Positions 36,501-48,700 of a stretch of DNA of 64,000 bases are shown piece after piece; position 1 is the first letter of the stretch, and every line of letters starts with the position of its first letter. The notes beneath the pieces were generated by a model. It saw nothing but the letters and a program-made list of their open reading frames with translations, ran no database searches and was not told where the DNA came from. A program made the position numbers and the translations under genes. The stretch comes from Marsupella aquatica (Eukaryota; Plantae; Marchantiophyta). The stretch is from NCBI GenBank assembly GCA_973895155.1, contig OZ316893.1, forward strand, positions 9,801,660-9,865,659. Reading direction: 5' to 3'.

Positions 36501-36939
36501 CCCTCCAGTTGACCTCCTGGAGCGATACATCTGGCAAGGGGTTGGCTTTCAACCATTCTTCAAACAAGTCGGAATCACCACCACCGTTACCTCTATTCTT
36601 TCCCTTCACAGAAATTGCTCTCGAACCCCGAGGAACCCACCTAAAATTTACCAATTCCCACACTTCGCGCAGACCGAGAGAGGTAGCTGGACGACCCAGA
36701 ACTACCTGTTGCTTGTTGCGTAGCTGGTGTCCACTCGCGGTTGCATGTAGCGGAGCTGCCAAACGAATTAGGGCAGCAGAATTGCGGCACTGGATGTGCT
36801 GATTGGAAGGGTATTTCAATGATGATTCTTCTGCTGATGTTGTTTCCTTTGATCTTCCCACCGTGATCGCTGCCACCAAACAACCACTGCTCTGGAAGGG
36901 AAGATGTTTGGATGGTTGGACACACCTCAACAAAAACAT
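33538..36939 (-). CDS. Multi-exon VLRF1 (Vms1-like release factor 1, Bacteroidetes bVLRF1-type) domain protein with a transit-peptide-like N-terminus; last exon unresolved
   Basis: Exon 1 is 36939-36118, with a probable exon starting at 35523. Phase-consistent exons 35078-34958, 34664-34524, 33970-33893 and 33641-33538 encode LLALLSSNAAALAIFNDGQLLLHK|VITAYTVRAKQGKSQLKYLRQGG...AIRAREADRFFSRVCE|KLDEW...ILFFSGTTRVWNE|VYAADNPKVPVPRNDSRWCKVPFSVHDPRLREVK. Candidate stops at about 33306 or 32606. Confidence 0.78.
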
Positions 36940-37120
36940 GGCTACGATTGACTGGTAAATTACCAAACCGCGATGTCTGCAGGAGTCGTCTTTTCTTGTG
37001 TCATGAGTGTGGTGGATTTTATGTCTCCAGAAGAGAGAGAAGAATTTCATCTATTGTTGGTTTTTCAATAGAATTCTACACTAACAAGACGCCCTGCAAA
37101 ATTTCTCTCGTATAAAAATC

Positions 37121-37533
37121 CTCTTGATCTATTGTTTTTCCAATGAAAATCTGCCAAGTGCCCCTCCAAGTATCACAGCTATGACCCCAATTACTTAAGA
37201 GCATCTTAGCAATAGGCTACATTCGTGAATATATCATCAGATATGGTTTAGGGCACAAAAGTCTAGTAGTCAGTTGTGCTGTTTTTTTTTGTGAGTCTTG
37301 AACTCTTGATCTATTATTTTTCCAATGAAAATCTGCCAAGTGCCCCTCCAAGTATTACAGCTATCCCAATTACTTAGAGTATCCCAGCCCTAGGCTACAT
37401 TAGTGTCCCTCCAAGTATTACAGCTATGCCCCCAATTACTTAGAGTATCCCAGCAATAGGCTACATTCGTGACTATAATCATCAGATCTAGTTTAGGGCA
37501 CAAAAGTCAAGGAGTCACTTGGGCTGTTTTTTT
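37121..37533. repeat. ~180-bp tandem duplication with an internal sub-duplication, just upstream of the VLRF1 gene
   Basis: CTCTTGATCTATT...CAATGAAAATCTGCCAAGTGCCCCTCCAAGTAT...TTTAGGGCACAAAAGTC twice. Confidence 0.85.
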
Positions 37534-39084
37534 TGGGGGGGGTCTTGGTTTTTTTTATAAGGCGCTCCATGAGAAGCTATACACATATTGGCGGATACCG
37601 CATTTGTGACCCGTGCCCAGTATTCTTTTGTAAAAGGCAAAAGAATTGTTTGCTTGATGCTGATCACATGTCACGAGCCACTAGTGCTAAGACAGGCCTA
37701 GTGAAGATTACATGTTCTTTACCAAATCTGACAGATCAACTGTAGTTCATGCGGTTTTACCCCTCTTTTGGAATTCACAACTAGGGTCACTGCTTGAAAA
37801 TGGCTTTGCTGCACATCACAAGGCTAGACTATATCTTTGTTATGGAGGACAACCACCTTCCATCAACTATGTAGTCACCTTGGCTAAATTCCTCACATGT
37901 AGTAGACTATATAGTCACACAAGTGGGAGTGTCCATGCATGCCTCATAGTGACATACTTTTAGAATGTGTGTGAAGAATTATGTGAACCTTTTGTTCATG
38001 AAATGCCTTGCTTTTGTACAGGTCGTCTGGGAATCAAGAACTATAATAAAGAGTTGCGCCCTTTTTTTAAGTGGTGGTCATTTGAATTTGAAGTTGCTGT
38101 GTCAGAAAAAATCTAAAGAAACTTAGTATAGAAAAAACAAATTAACCAAACCCTACAAAAAGGTAACCCTGCAAAACAAGTACAAACAATCCTTTCTATT
38201 CTTCTCTCAATACTTTCCCTATAGTAGGCCAACGGATTTCCCCCCTCTACCCTCCCAAAGTACATACCCTGACAAATGTATTTGTCGTCCCCCCTATCTC
38301 TCTCAATCCTTCTCTATACAATATTTACCCTTGCCCCAATGTACAATTGGTTCTGTCCAAGAGCCAATTTGGTTTAGTAGAAGGCATCCTATTCTTTCTT
38401 CTCATTTTACAAGAAGTTTGCATTTTTTTCACCTTTTCTAAGGCCAAATCGATATCAAATCATTTAGCTAAATGATAACTTTAATAAGTGAAAAACAATT
38501 TATAAGTCCATTTTGTACTCAAACTAAGAAAGATGGTACACTTATCAGTAAGCACATAATCCAATGAGATTGCTTTTACTGATAAGTGCACACCCTTTTT
38601 TAGTAAGGAAAATTTGGACTTATGGACATCAAATTTAGGGCAAGTATTCACATTTTGTGTAATGAGTCACACGGCTGCTCACCTGTGGAGATGCCATTTA
38701 TTACTAAGTGAAAATTTTAGGGGGTGTGCACTTATCAAGGAATGGAAAAACAAATTAATGCAATCGGATAGTGAGAGTGTCACTTATCTAGAGTTCACTG
38801 TATTTGCATGATTGTGCTATACAATGAACTCAATCTGGACCCCCCCCCCTCCACTTGGTACTTGCTCCAAGAAAACAACTACACTAAAAAAAAATGGATA
38901 TGTTTTTGAATGAAATGACAACACAATTGAGGGCAATAACTAAAGCTTCATCATGTGCAGTTTCTTCACATTTTAAAAGGTTTACAAGGAATTAAAAAAT
39001 GAAAAATACAAAGACAAAAATCATTCTTAACTGGTGATAGTTTGTGGTTGTTGTTACTCATTTTCTGAGCCCTTTTTGTGCAAC

Positions 39085-39645
39085 AGTTTTTTTCTTAAGA
39101 ACATCTTATGCGACACCACATCTTTTTTTCTTAACAGCATCTTGGGTGACACAACATGTTTTTCTTAAATAACAACAGCTTGGGCGACAGAACGTCTGTT
39201 TTTCTTAATGACATCTTAGATGATACGACATTTTTTTTCTTAATAACATCTTGGGCAACATGACATATTTTTTTCTTAACAACATCTTGGGGGACACAAC
39301 ATCTTTTTCTTCATGACATCTATTGTGCAACACATGGGTATTTTCTTCACGACATCTTTTGTTCTCAACAACTTGGCCGACACTACATCTTTTGTTATCA
39401 TCGGCATCTTGGCCGACACAACATCTTCCTTCTCAACAACCTCTTGGCCGACCCGACATCTTCCTTCTCAATGACCTCTTGATCGACACGACATCTTTTG
39501 TCATCACCAGCATCTTGGCCAAAACGACATCTTTTTAAATTCTCAACATCTTGGGCGACACGACATCTTTTTTCTCAACGACCTCTTGGCCGAGACAACA
39601 TCTTTCTTCTCAACAACCTCTTGGCTGACACGACCTCTTTTGTGC
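39085..39645. repeat. Degenerate ~38-bp tandem array (CAACATCTTGGCCGACACGACATCTTTTTTCT), probably TE subterminal
   Basis: About 14 recognisable units, adjacent to the hAT remnant. Confidence 0.8.
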
Positions 39646-39985
39646 AACGCACAGGTATTGAGCTAGTTTCACATGCTATCATCTTTTGTCCTGCGGTAAA
39701 TAATTGTGAACACCTCCTCCCATACTTATTGTGAATTGCTGGAACATTTTAAGTAAGGGGCAACATTAATGCTCTGCTTGTTGGGGCACTATAGCCTCCT
39801 AGGGCCTCTTTTCAAGTCACAACATATATATTTGTAATGTGCACTTTTTAGGATATCATATATGTCACACAAGGAATTCTACAAATGCAATTGGGGGAAA
39901 AATGTAATGCTTTGCTGAGCTACAGTGAGCCTCAATCTTGTGGAGGAGTTATCTCCAAGCTTGTTGCTGCCTGATTTATGCTCAA

Positions 39986-40123
39986 TTTCTTGCTACAAAT
40001 TCCTTGGCATTCCTGGTATCCCAAACTGAATGCCAGTACTAATTATGGTGTATTGACAAATCTTTGTCCACATTGGAACTACTTGAGGTGTTGGTGATGA
40101 TCTCCAAGAATTGCCCAAATGAT
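39986..40123 (+). pseudogene. Highly decayed hAT transposase C-terminal (dimerization-domain) remnant
   Basis: Fragments read FLA...LGIPG, GVLTNL and LEVLVMISKNCPND across frameshifts, resembling the LGIPGSQIE...KNWP.D motif of hAT C-termini. Confidence 0.45.
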
Positions 40124-41817
40124 TGTAGTGTGGACACAGTTTGGGAGACTGCTAACATTGGTGACTTCTTGGCTATATATAGAAGTTGATATCATTGCTG
40201 CTGCCAATGAAGAGTTTGTTGATGCTGGATTGGTGAGGAAGAGCCTTGACCAACTTGGCCAAGTTATAGCAATTATGGGAGTTTATGCTGTTTAAGGGAG
40301 GCTGTACCTAAAGTCAAAGGAATGATACGTTGTATTGTAAAGTTTGTTATATGTAAATTGTACAACTTAAAGCTGATTTTAGTTTTTCTTGATAACTATT
40401 TAAGTTCATGTTAACTTTTGGTCTAGAACTGCAATTGCAAGTCCTATATAGCAAGGATGATGTGCCAAAACGCAACCTTTAAGGTTACTGGGTTGTTTAC
40501 TACCTCCTGACATAGGCACCATTGGGTATTAATCATTAGATCTTGGATCCCATCTTGGACAGCCCCAGAATGAATCCTGTATTCAGTCAATGTGCTATAC
40601 AGTCACCTCAAATACAGTTCTAGTATTCAAAAACCCCAACAAGTGTACAATTGAATAATGTTCTAGTTATCCATTGGTTAGTTTTTTTCTCAACTTTCTG
40701 GGTTTTCGTCCACATAGCTTTCGACTATACCAACCTGGTAACCGTTGGGGATATTCTGAGGAAAATTAGAGTAGACCAACCCAGTACTTGTTGGAGATAC
40801 TAGAAAGGAAATTACAGTAAACCAACCCAGTAATCATCCGAGATGCTCTAAGGAAACCTATACAGCCCAAACACTGGTTTGAACCTAGCCACCCCAATGG
40901 CGAAACGAGAAGAGGTCAGGAGCAAGATGGTCTAGTGACAAAGCGTTGAACACGTACCCTCGTCTTTCCATGACTTTCATTTCTTTCAAGGGTGTCAATC
41001 CAGACAGCTCGGGTTCAGCCACCTATAGCCAGCACAATATACGCACCAAGAAGTACCAGACAACATCGTAACAACCTCAGCTCCACCATTAATTTGCAGA
41101 GAACGCTGTGTCACCAAGCTCAACGCGACAGCTATTTCCCTCGTTGCTCGCTGTCGCTCGTAGTGAGGATAGTTACGAGTCCCTCACCAGTCCCTATCCA
41201 AAATTAACATGGGATGTTATTAGATTCAATTCTACGGTACGCGCGTATTGCGTATCTGCCTTCTGGAAGCTCCACAACGGCGCCGTCTGATCAATTGATT
41301 GACTGAATGAGGAGGCTACTTCATGACAATCAAATCATCGTCAGTCGCGGCGTGTTTGCTCAACCTAATCACATTAACCATTACATCAGGCTCCACACCT
41401 GTCCAAAATGCGAAAGTTCTACGATTCAATCCTACGGTACAGCCTATCTGGGTTCGGGATGCTTCACCATGGCGAGTTGATTGATTAATTGAACGAGGAG
41501 TCTACCTCACCATTGAATTATGTATAGTTCCTGCCTGTCCTCTCCACCCAATCCGCCATAAATCAAGTCAATCATCAAAGTACAGAACATATATTTTAGC
41601 ATAAGTCCAGTCATCACTATACAGGTCTTCAGAATCGCAAGCCCATACTAAATAACTTTAGCCCTATCAGCCATTAAATCCCCTCAAATCATGGGTATAA
41701 ACCACAAAATAATTATCTTTACTTATAGTGTGTGTCTTCTCAACCCAATCTAAACAACTACTAAATCAACTCGATCATGGCTATACAAACCCTATCAACA
41801 GCACGTTACATAAACAT

Positions 41818-42290
41818 TGTACTAGGGGCTCCCCAACCTTCTCTACTGTAAGCTACACATCCTAGTCTTCAGTTAGATGAAGATTGCACTAGCCAGGGCT
41901 CCCCATTTCTCCGCCATAGCTACCTGTCCTAGTCTCCAGCTAGATGAACACTGCACTAGGGCTCCCCGGCCTTCCCCAGAAAGTTACCCATCCTTGTCTC
42001 CAATGTGCATGGTCTGCTTTGGCCTGATCAATTTTGGTTGTGTTTTGACACCCTTCACTCTTTGTGGCTCTGAATTGTGCGTGCATTGCCCTGAATTGTG
42101 CCTGCATTGCCTACTTTTGGCTTGATCAATTTTGGTGCATTGCCCTGAAGTGTGCCTGCATTTCCTACTTTTGGTTTGATCAATTTTGGTGAATTGCCCT
42201 GAAGTGTGCCTGCATTGCCTACTTTTGGCTTGATCAATTTTTGGTTTGGGCGGGGGTTTGTGTTCTGACACCCTTCATTCTTTGTGGCTC
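41818..42290. repeat. Two adjacent tandem-repeat blocks (~67-bp and ~57-bp units)
   Basis: GCACTAG(CC)AGGGCTCCCC...CTAGTCT units, then TGCCCTGAAGTGTGCCTGCATTGCCTACTTTTGGCTTGATCAATTTTGGT x3. Confidence 0.8.
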
Positions 42291-42358
42291 TGGAGTGTGT
42301 TTTGGCCAGATTTCTAGTTTACTTGGCGCCAGTTGGTTTGTGCGTCACGGGATACAAG

Positions 42359-42463
42359 TTTGAAGTAACCCAAGCACTCATCAGATTAGAAGGCACTTGA
42401 GTCTGTCAATAATACATGAGGCAAGTGCCTTCCAAATCTGATGAGTGCTTGGGTTACTTCAAA
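42359..42463. other. Near-perfect foldback (41/42-bp arms, 22-nt loop): candidate pre-miRNA, hairpin RNA or tiny MITE
   Basis: TTTGAAGTAACCCAAGCACTCATCAGATTAGAAGGCACTTG pairs with CAAGTGCCTTCCAAATCTGATGAGTGCTTGGGTTACTTCAAA with one mismatch and one bulge. Confidence 0.7.
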
Positions 42464-42674
42464 TGGCATAAGTTGGTTGATGTTTTGACATAACCATGGT
42501 CAGCGCACTTATTTCTGGGAGTTCAGGGTTGCTGTTGTGCCAAACAGTTGGATACCCTTCCAGAGGCAAGGTCGTTTCCCAGGGTCTTACTGTAGTTGTG
42601 GTTGTCGTTTTACCAAATGCTTTCCTTCGAACGAGTTTGTCGTCTGGCAAATACTTTTTCTTCAAAGAAGAGTT

Positions 42675-42875
42675 GTAAAAGGAAGTGGCATATAGACTAG
42701 ACATTTTAGTCTAGTCGTAAAAGGATGTGGCAATCAGGTAGATATTTTAGTCTAGTTGTAAAAAGGATGTGGCTTTCGGGCTAGATATTTTAGTCTAGCT
42801 TGCTTTAGTTGTCAGAAATGTCATTGGTTCAAAGAAGGCACTCAGGCTAGATATTTTAGGCTAGCATGCTTTAGT
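42675..42875. repeat. ~42-bp tandem repeat
   Basis: AAAAGGATGTGGC...TAGATATTTTAGTCTAG units x3-4. Confidence 0.75.
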
Positions 42876-44594
42876 CTTCCCTAAAATGTCAAGTTGGGCT
42901 GGCAAATGGGTATCTTGAGGGCCGGCGCAGTCTAGGAAATGAGAGAATGGTCAGCTGAAATTATGTCAAGATCGGATCAGGTTGACACAGCTATAATCAT
43001 GTTGTCGAGCTTCTGTAGCAGGCAGAAGAATCCGCCTTGAACGATGTGGTGGACCCTGACGCGGTAGCTTGCAGAAGAAAAGACCAGAGGCTAGCTACAG
43101 TAGCTATGCCGCCCGCCCACCGCATGGCATTCTTGCTGTTCCATTAGAATGTGTAAAATCATGCTAATCTCGTACGTTTAAAGTCAAGTTCGAAGGAGGC
43201 CTACAAGGCCACAAGGCCTGTCCCCGTGTTCTGCCATTAACTATGGTTGTGCACAAGAACATCTGCGAAGCTTCTGTCAACTGATTTGCGTGTGGCCAGC
43301 GGCGGGAACGGGGCCCCAATCTCATCGTGATGCCATAGCCAAGTACGAAACTTGTGACCACTGCGTTACATTTGCAGTGGCCGGCGAGGGACCCCAATCT
43401 CATCTTCATGCCATAGCCAACAATGCACACTACTCTATAGATACTATCTTGATTCAGATAGAGGAAACACTTCACCACGAGACGGTTTCGTTTCACGATT
43501 TGCCTTACACTGTTCTTGAGCAAACCAACTACTCAAAATGCAACAGCCTCAATCACGTAAACTCGGATTACAGGCGGTAAAAGTGGACACTGCTGACAAT
43601 GTTCCGATACTAGTATTCGATAGGAAACATTACCGAATACTAAAGTAATCGCTAGAAAACATTAGCAGCGATTTAGCAACGCACGACACATTTCATTTTC
43701 TTCAGACAATCGTTAAAAGAGACAACGAAGTAGACAATCAGAACCTAAGACGAGGTTGGTAGCATGCACTCGCTACGTGACACGTTCACGCGGTTATTTG
43801 AATATCCTTGCTGCCTATCAGATTGTAATCAGTCCCCATGTTGGAGAATCCACATTGTGAACTCTGAGCAAGCGTGGCCACTTTACAGCACAACGCTAAT
43901 CTCCCGCACGAGAAGCCACTTTCTGCTGTAATCGTTGGGATCGAAATATTCAGTTAACGAGCCTTCCACGTGCAGGAGGACACGACCTATCTCCACACCG
44001 AAAAGCATGCAAACGTTCCAAGAATCACATTATCTACAAGATTACAGCCCATCATCGTGGAGCCCAAAAAAGATTGACCGGGGTTGATCAACAGGACCCC
44101 ATTAGCCATCGGACAAAACGACTTCACGATCATGTTGATACTCAAAACCAAAAGCAAAAGGAAATATTAAAACCATGCTCTCTCAATTGGTGGTAAATTG
44201 CTCCCGAAAAAGTGACAAAACACGGTGCAAATCCTGTACAGTAAATAGTTCCTAATTGCTACATCGAACTGAGCAGCATGCGATCAAAATTGCCCTAGTA
44301 ATTTACAAGTGTATTTATCGCTGCCAGAAGGCCTTCTTGCTAGCTATCTAAAGAAATTCTTCTTTCATTTTCGCTTTCGTGTCTGCTGTGAAGCGCTATA
44401 CAGTCACCCTAAGCCTGCCGCAGCTGCGCTGCAAAAAATTTGCTGTTCCCAGCAAGGGACCAACAGTTGGTGGCACAGTATTCTATCATGTACCAATAAA
44501 TAAATGGGTATTTGGGTCCTCTCGGAAGAATGGATACTGATTTTCTTCGTGGGTGCCTCGCGGGCACCAGCACTGCCTTCCCTTCGCCCCTAGC

Positions 44595-45785
44595 CTACGA
44601 TAGCATGGCCGTCGGTCGTGGAAGTGGAGGAAGAGTAGAGAAGCTCCGTGAGGGCGAGCTATTTTGCGAGGGGAAGCTCTTCTGCGGATACAAGCCCCTC
44701 TCTGCTTGAAAAGGCGATCTGTAACAACGACGAACATCATACGCAAGCTCAATCAGTACCTAGTAAAGGACAAATCTGGTCTGTGAAACCCTTCTCATGC
44801 CAAGAACATTCCTTCAACTCCCCTAGTTTGAACGTCTCCAAAGCAGCAACATAGAATGTAACTGCAACTACCAACTTTCAGACGTCTATGAATCAAAGAT
44901 CTGTTGAACTCACCGTTGATAGCGGGGAAAGAAGACGGGTTTTCCTTCGACACGGTTGACAGTACTGACAAATTCTTCAATCTCGTCCATGCCACCAGCC
45001 TCTATATCCGGCCAAGGGAGGGTTCCCACTTCACCACTGGCATCGTGCCTGTAACTGAGGCAGCAGTTCTTGGGTACTTGCATAGTCCAATGTGGGAGAT
45101 TATCCATCGCCGCCTTCAACTCTACGTGGGTGACCAAACTCATCCCTGTCCGGCAATCGTGGATGTATGCAAAACGAATGCTACCTTGCCTCCCTATTGG
45201 CAAACCCGATCCCGGTAACGCTCCTACAGCTGATTGCCTTCCATCTACACCGCCGTTATCCCACTGCTGATCGGGTGCAACTGTGTTTGTAGTCGTGTTC
45301 TCTTGAAGCGTAGGTAGCTCGAATTCATGCAAGGTGAGGTCCAGCCATTGGTAGCTGATTGACACGCTTCGGAGAATCTCCTTGGAGACTCTCTGTGGCT
45401 CATCCAACACGTCGAAAAGATCGTCAATCGAGCTGCTGCAACTAGCGTTGTCACTGCAATAGCTGTCCGTATCCCCCTCCCCTTTGTTGATGAAATTCTT
45501 GATGTTACCTAACTCTACAACTTCCTGGTTTCGAAGATAACCCTTATTGGGATTGCTGTTTTGACTGTTGTCCGTGGCGGTGCCGAAGTCTGATGAAACT
45601 ACGCAATATTCGATCGCTGGAATCGATGATTGAGCTCGTCTTAGCGTGTATAGAATCGCCGAATTCGAGTGCTGCGGCGCCAAAGGCAAAACTAGAGATA
45701 CGCTACTGCTCCTCGCTAACGATCTCGTCATCGATACGATCCTCGTCGTTCGCGTCCTTCTCCTACCAGACATTGCGCTGATCAT
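44595..45785 (-). CDS. Hypothetical protein of unknown family (probably 2 coding exons: 45785-44914 and 44718-44595)
   Basis: A ~290-codon ORF ends at a CG|GTGAG donor; the acceptor TTGTTACAG gives an in-phase 41-codon last exon. A CT/GA-rich leader lies upstream. No recognisable domain. Confidence 0.5.
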
Positions 45786-48700
45786 ACAAACGTCCTCACA
45801 ACAATTTCTCACTCAGAATCTATCTCTCGCTCTTTCTCTCTCACAACACAATCTCTCACTCGTTCGTTAGCCTCCGAATCAGCAAGCAACCTCACATGAA
45901 TCACTCTCTCACGCACAATCCACGGCTGTACTTCTCCTCTTCAAACGCAAACAAATGACATGAGAGCTTCGATCTGCATCGCTTTAACATACTTGGACGG
46001 GCCGACGTCCTCTCAGTACCAACCACAGTCAGCTGCCCCTCGTGTTATCGGACTCCAACGTCTGTGACTCTACAGTCCGCTGTACACTGTGCATTGGGAC
46101 GAAGAACGGAAAGAAAGGAAAGCACAACAGCAACGTCGTCACGTTCCTCCTCTCTCCATCGACACGTCGCCGTCGAGGCCCCGGGCCGTGTCCCTGCCGT
46201 TGCCGCCCGCCGTTGCCGTCTGTCACCGTCACTTTCAGTCCGGACTCCGGAGCCTGGAAAGTCGGACTCGGTCTGCCGTCGTACATGTTTCAATTGCTGC
46301 CGTCGTTGCCCGCGACGCAGCAAAGAGCGCGTTCGCCAGCAGCTCCAGGACGGATGGGTAGCCGTTGGACCAAACGCCTGGAAGACACGTGGGGGCTGCG
46401 ATGAAGGGGCACCCGACACGGCAACTTCGCCCGTGATGGACTTCATTGCTCACGAGGGAAGGTAACGCGCCATTATAGATCATTTAAAATTGCCAACGTA
46501 GGCTCACTTTTTGCATCCGGATAAGTCATTTCCACGTTGGTAAAACTTGGATAGTTCTCAGTACTCTTTTGGCGTGAGACGTCGGTTATCAGTGGGCTTC
46601 TGGTCGCATAGGAAGCACCTCTGGGCTCTGGGTGACTGGGATTGCAAAAGTTACTTGGACAGACTTGGGCAACCTGTGCGAACCTTCGTGAATCTCTCTT
46701 TCTTACTCAGATATTACACCCGAGAGTGATCTTTGGAAATTCATCTCATGAAAGTTGCAATGAATTTTCCAAGCAGAGTCTATCCAGCCCAAGAACACTT
46801 GATCTGGTTGCATTAAGGTCTTGGAAAAAATTTAAAAGGAGAAATCAACAGGAAATGTGTGTGAGAAAAAGAATTTGGGAGCAAGAGTGTCAGCAAGTGA
46901 GGATGTAAGGGGTGTCACGGACCATGGGGATTATAGCTTTAGGGTTCACGAATTAGTCCATCCATATCACCTCCATTAAAAATGAATATTTTATAGATCC
47001 TACCTGACCCATGGAGCATTTCATATTTTCTAGTTATAAATCCTAAACGCCATTCAAACCTTAACGCTCAGAAAGTCAGCTTTCCAATTGGGGGATGACA
47101 GAAAGATTTTGGGGGTTCGGTCAGGGAAAGATGGGACGGCCAGACACACATGTTGGAACAGCAGATACTTCTACAAAGAAAGGACTAAAAGGTACTGTGG
47201 GCACAATCATACGGAGTATATGATATCGCCAGAATCAACACCTGTTGTGAACCAAACAACTGCTATTATTATAAAGAACCGGTTCACCACATGCGGGGTT
47301 GTAACAGTCAACACCTGTTTAGAAGCAGCAGCTGACATTATAGAGAACCGGCTAATCAGATCTGGAGAGTGATATCCTAAGAATCAACACCTGTAAATAT
47401 GTCTGTATGTTTTTGGTCTGTTTTTTGGCCCCTCTCAAGCACAAGCACGTAGGAGACTCGGACTGTGATAAATGTGGTGAGGGCCCAAGTATTTATGGAG
47501 GTCCCTCATTGTCTCCCTGGTTAAATAACTTTCTTGAACATGGATCTCCACAGTTTTCTTAACACGGGTCACTATTCACATTCTCCCCTAGCACATTCTC
47601 TCTAGCACATGCTTCCCTTGATACCTTCGCCGATCAATGCTCACTCTCAGCCATGAGGGCAAGATATAGGGCCAGTGTGGGATAAAGTGCTTTTCATGGA
47701 AGGTGCAAAAGCCCTCCATCCCCTTAATGTTGGCTGGATAATGTGTTAGGGGCCTCAACACGTTATGTGCTCTATCGATGCATATGATTAAACCACAACT
47801 GCCCAATTTAAGAAGGTTTCTAAGATGCAAGAAACCACTTATTTTTGCAAGCGAGGAGCATGTTGCTAGCTGGTCGCTGTTGTCACTCTTTATGCCTTTA
47901 ATTTTAGCTGAAATCAAACTTCTAGTGTATTTGTAGCACTCCACGTGCCCAGGATTAAGGATCTTTATTGATGTGCTAGCTCAATGCCCAAGCGTTACAC
48001 ACAAAAGATATTGAGGCAGGGCAAAGAAATTATAGAAAAGAAACAAGACAGGTATTAAGGCATATATGTTATTGCGGCGTTGTTGTCATGGCAACCATAC
48101 ATTCATTGTGCCCATGAGATTGTTGTGGCCATATTGTTGTCACATCCATGTGATTGTTGTGACCATGGTATTGCAGAGGTCCTGCGGTTCTTGTGGTCAT
48201 GATGTCATTTAAGTGATGGTGGCCATATTTTGTTATATCACTATGTTCATTGTGACCATGGTGTCATTGCTACCATGTGACCATGTTGTTGTTGTGGCTA
48301 CTTTATCAGGTGTGCAAGTTTATTGTGCCAGAAATTGTCACAAAACTAAACCAATCATCTCAGTGGAGACAGAATGATTATGTAAAATGCAACCTCAATG
48401 CAACAAGGGTGAGGCATGGGGGACCAGGGCTAATAACTATGACTTGACTAACTACGGTTACAAAGTAACTCTAGACCTAAGAGTAATAACTACACAAAAA
48501 ATCCAAGGAGTCAAGGAACAAACACTGGAACATCATGCCAACCCTTCTCTTATAACTACTACTGAGAGAGCTGCTTCCTAGTTTTAATATGGTTTTGAGT
48601 GACTTACTTGTCACTACTAAAGTAGTTTGAGAGAAACATGAAAGACCCATCACTGATTTGAAAGGGATTCACATAAAAAATTAGAAGCTAAGTAGTTGTG

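Noticed and set aside
20278-36939. Functional cluster of a CDC48 adaptor, a CX9C protein and a Vms1-like gene
   Set aside because: Thematically suggestive, but adjacency alone is no evidence in a plant genome; it would need conserved synteny or co-expression.
39085-42875. Tandem arrays as CRISPR-like repeats
   Set aside because: Units are contiguous and degenerate, without unique spacers or cas genes; eukaryotic context.
46029-46483. Overlapping ORFs on both strands
   Set aside because: GC-rich probable promoter/5' UTR of the minus-strand gene; no coding signature.
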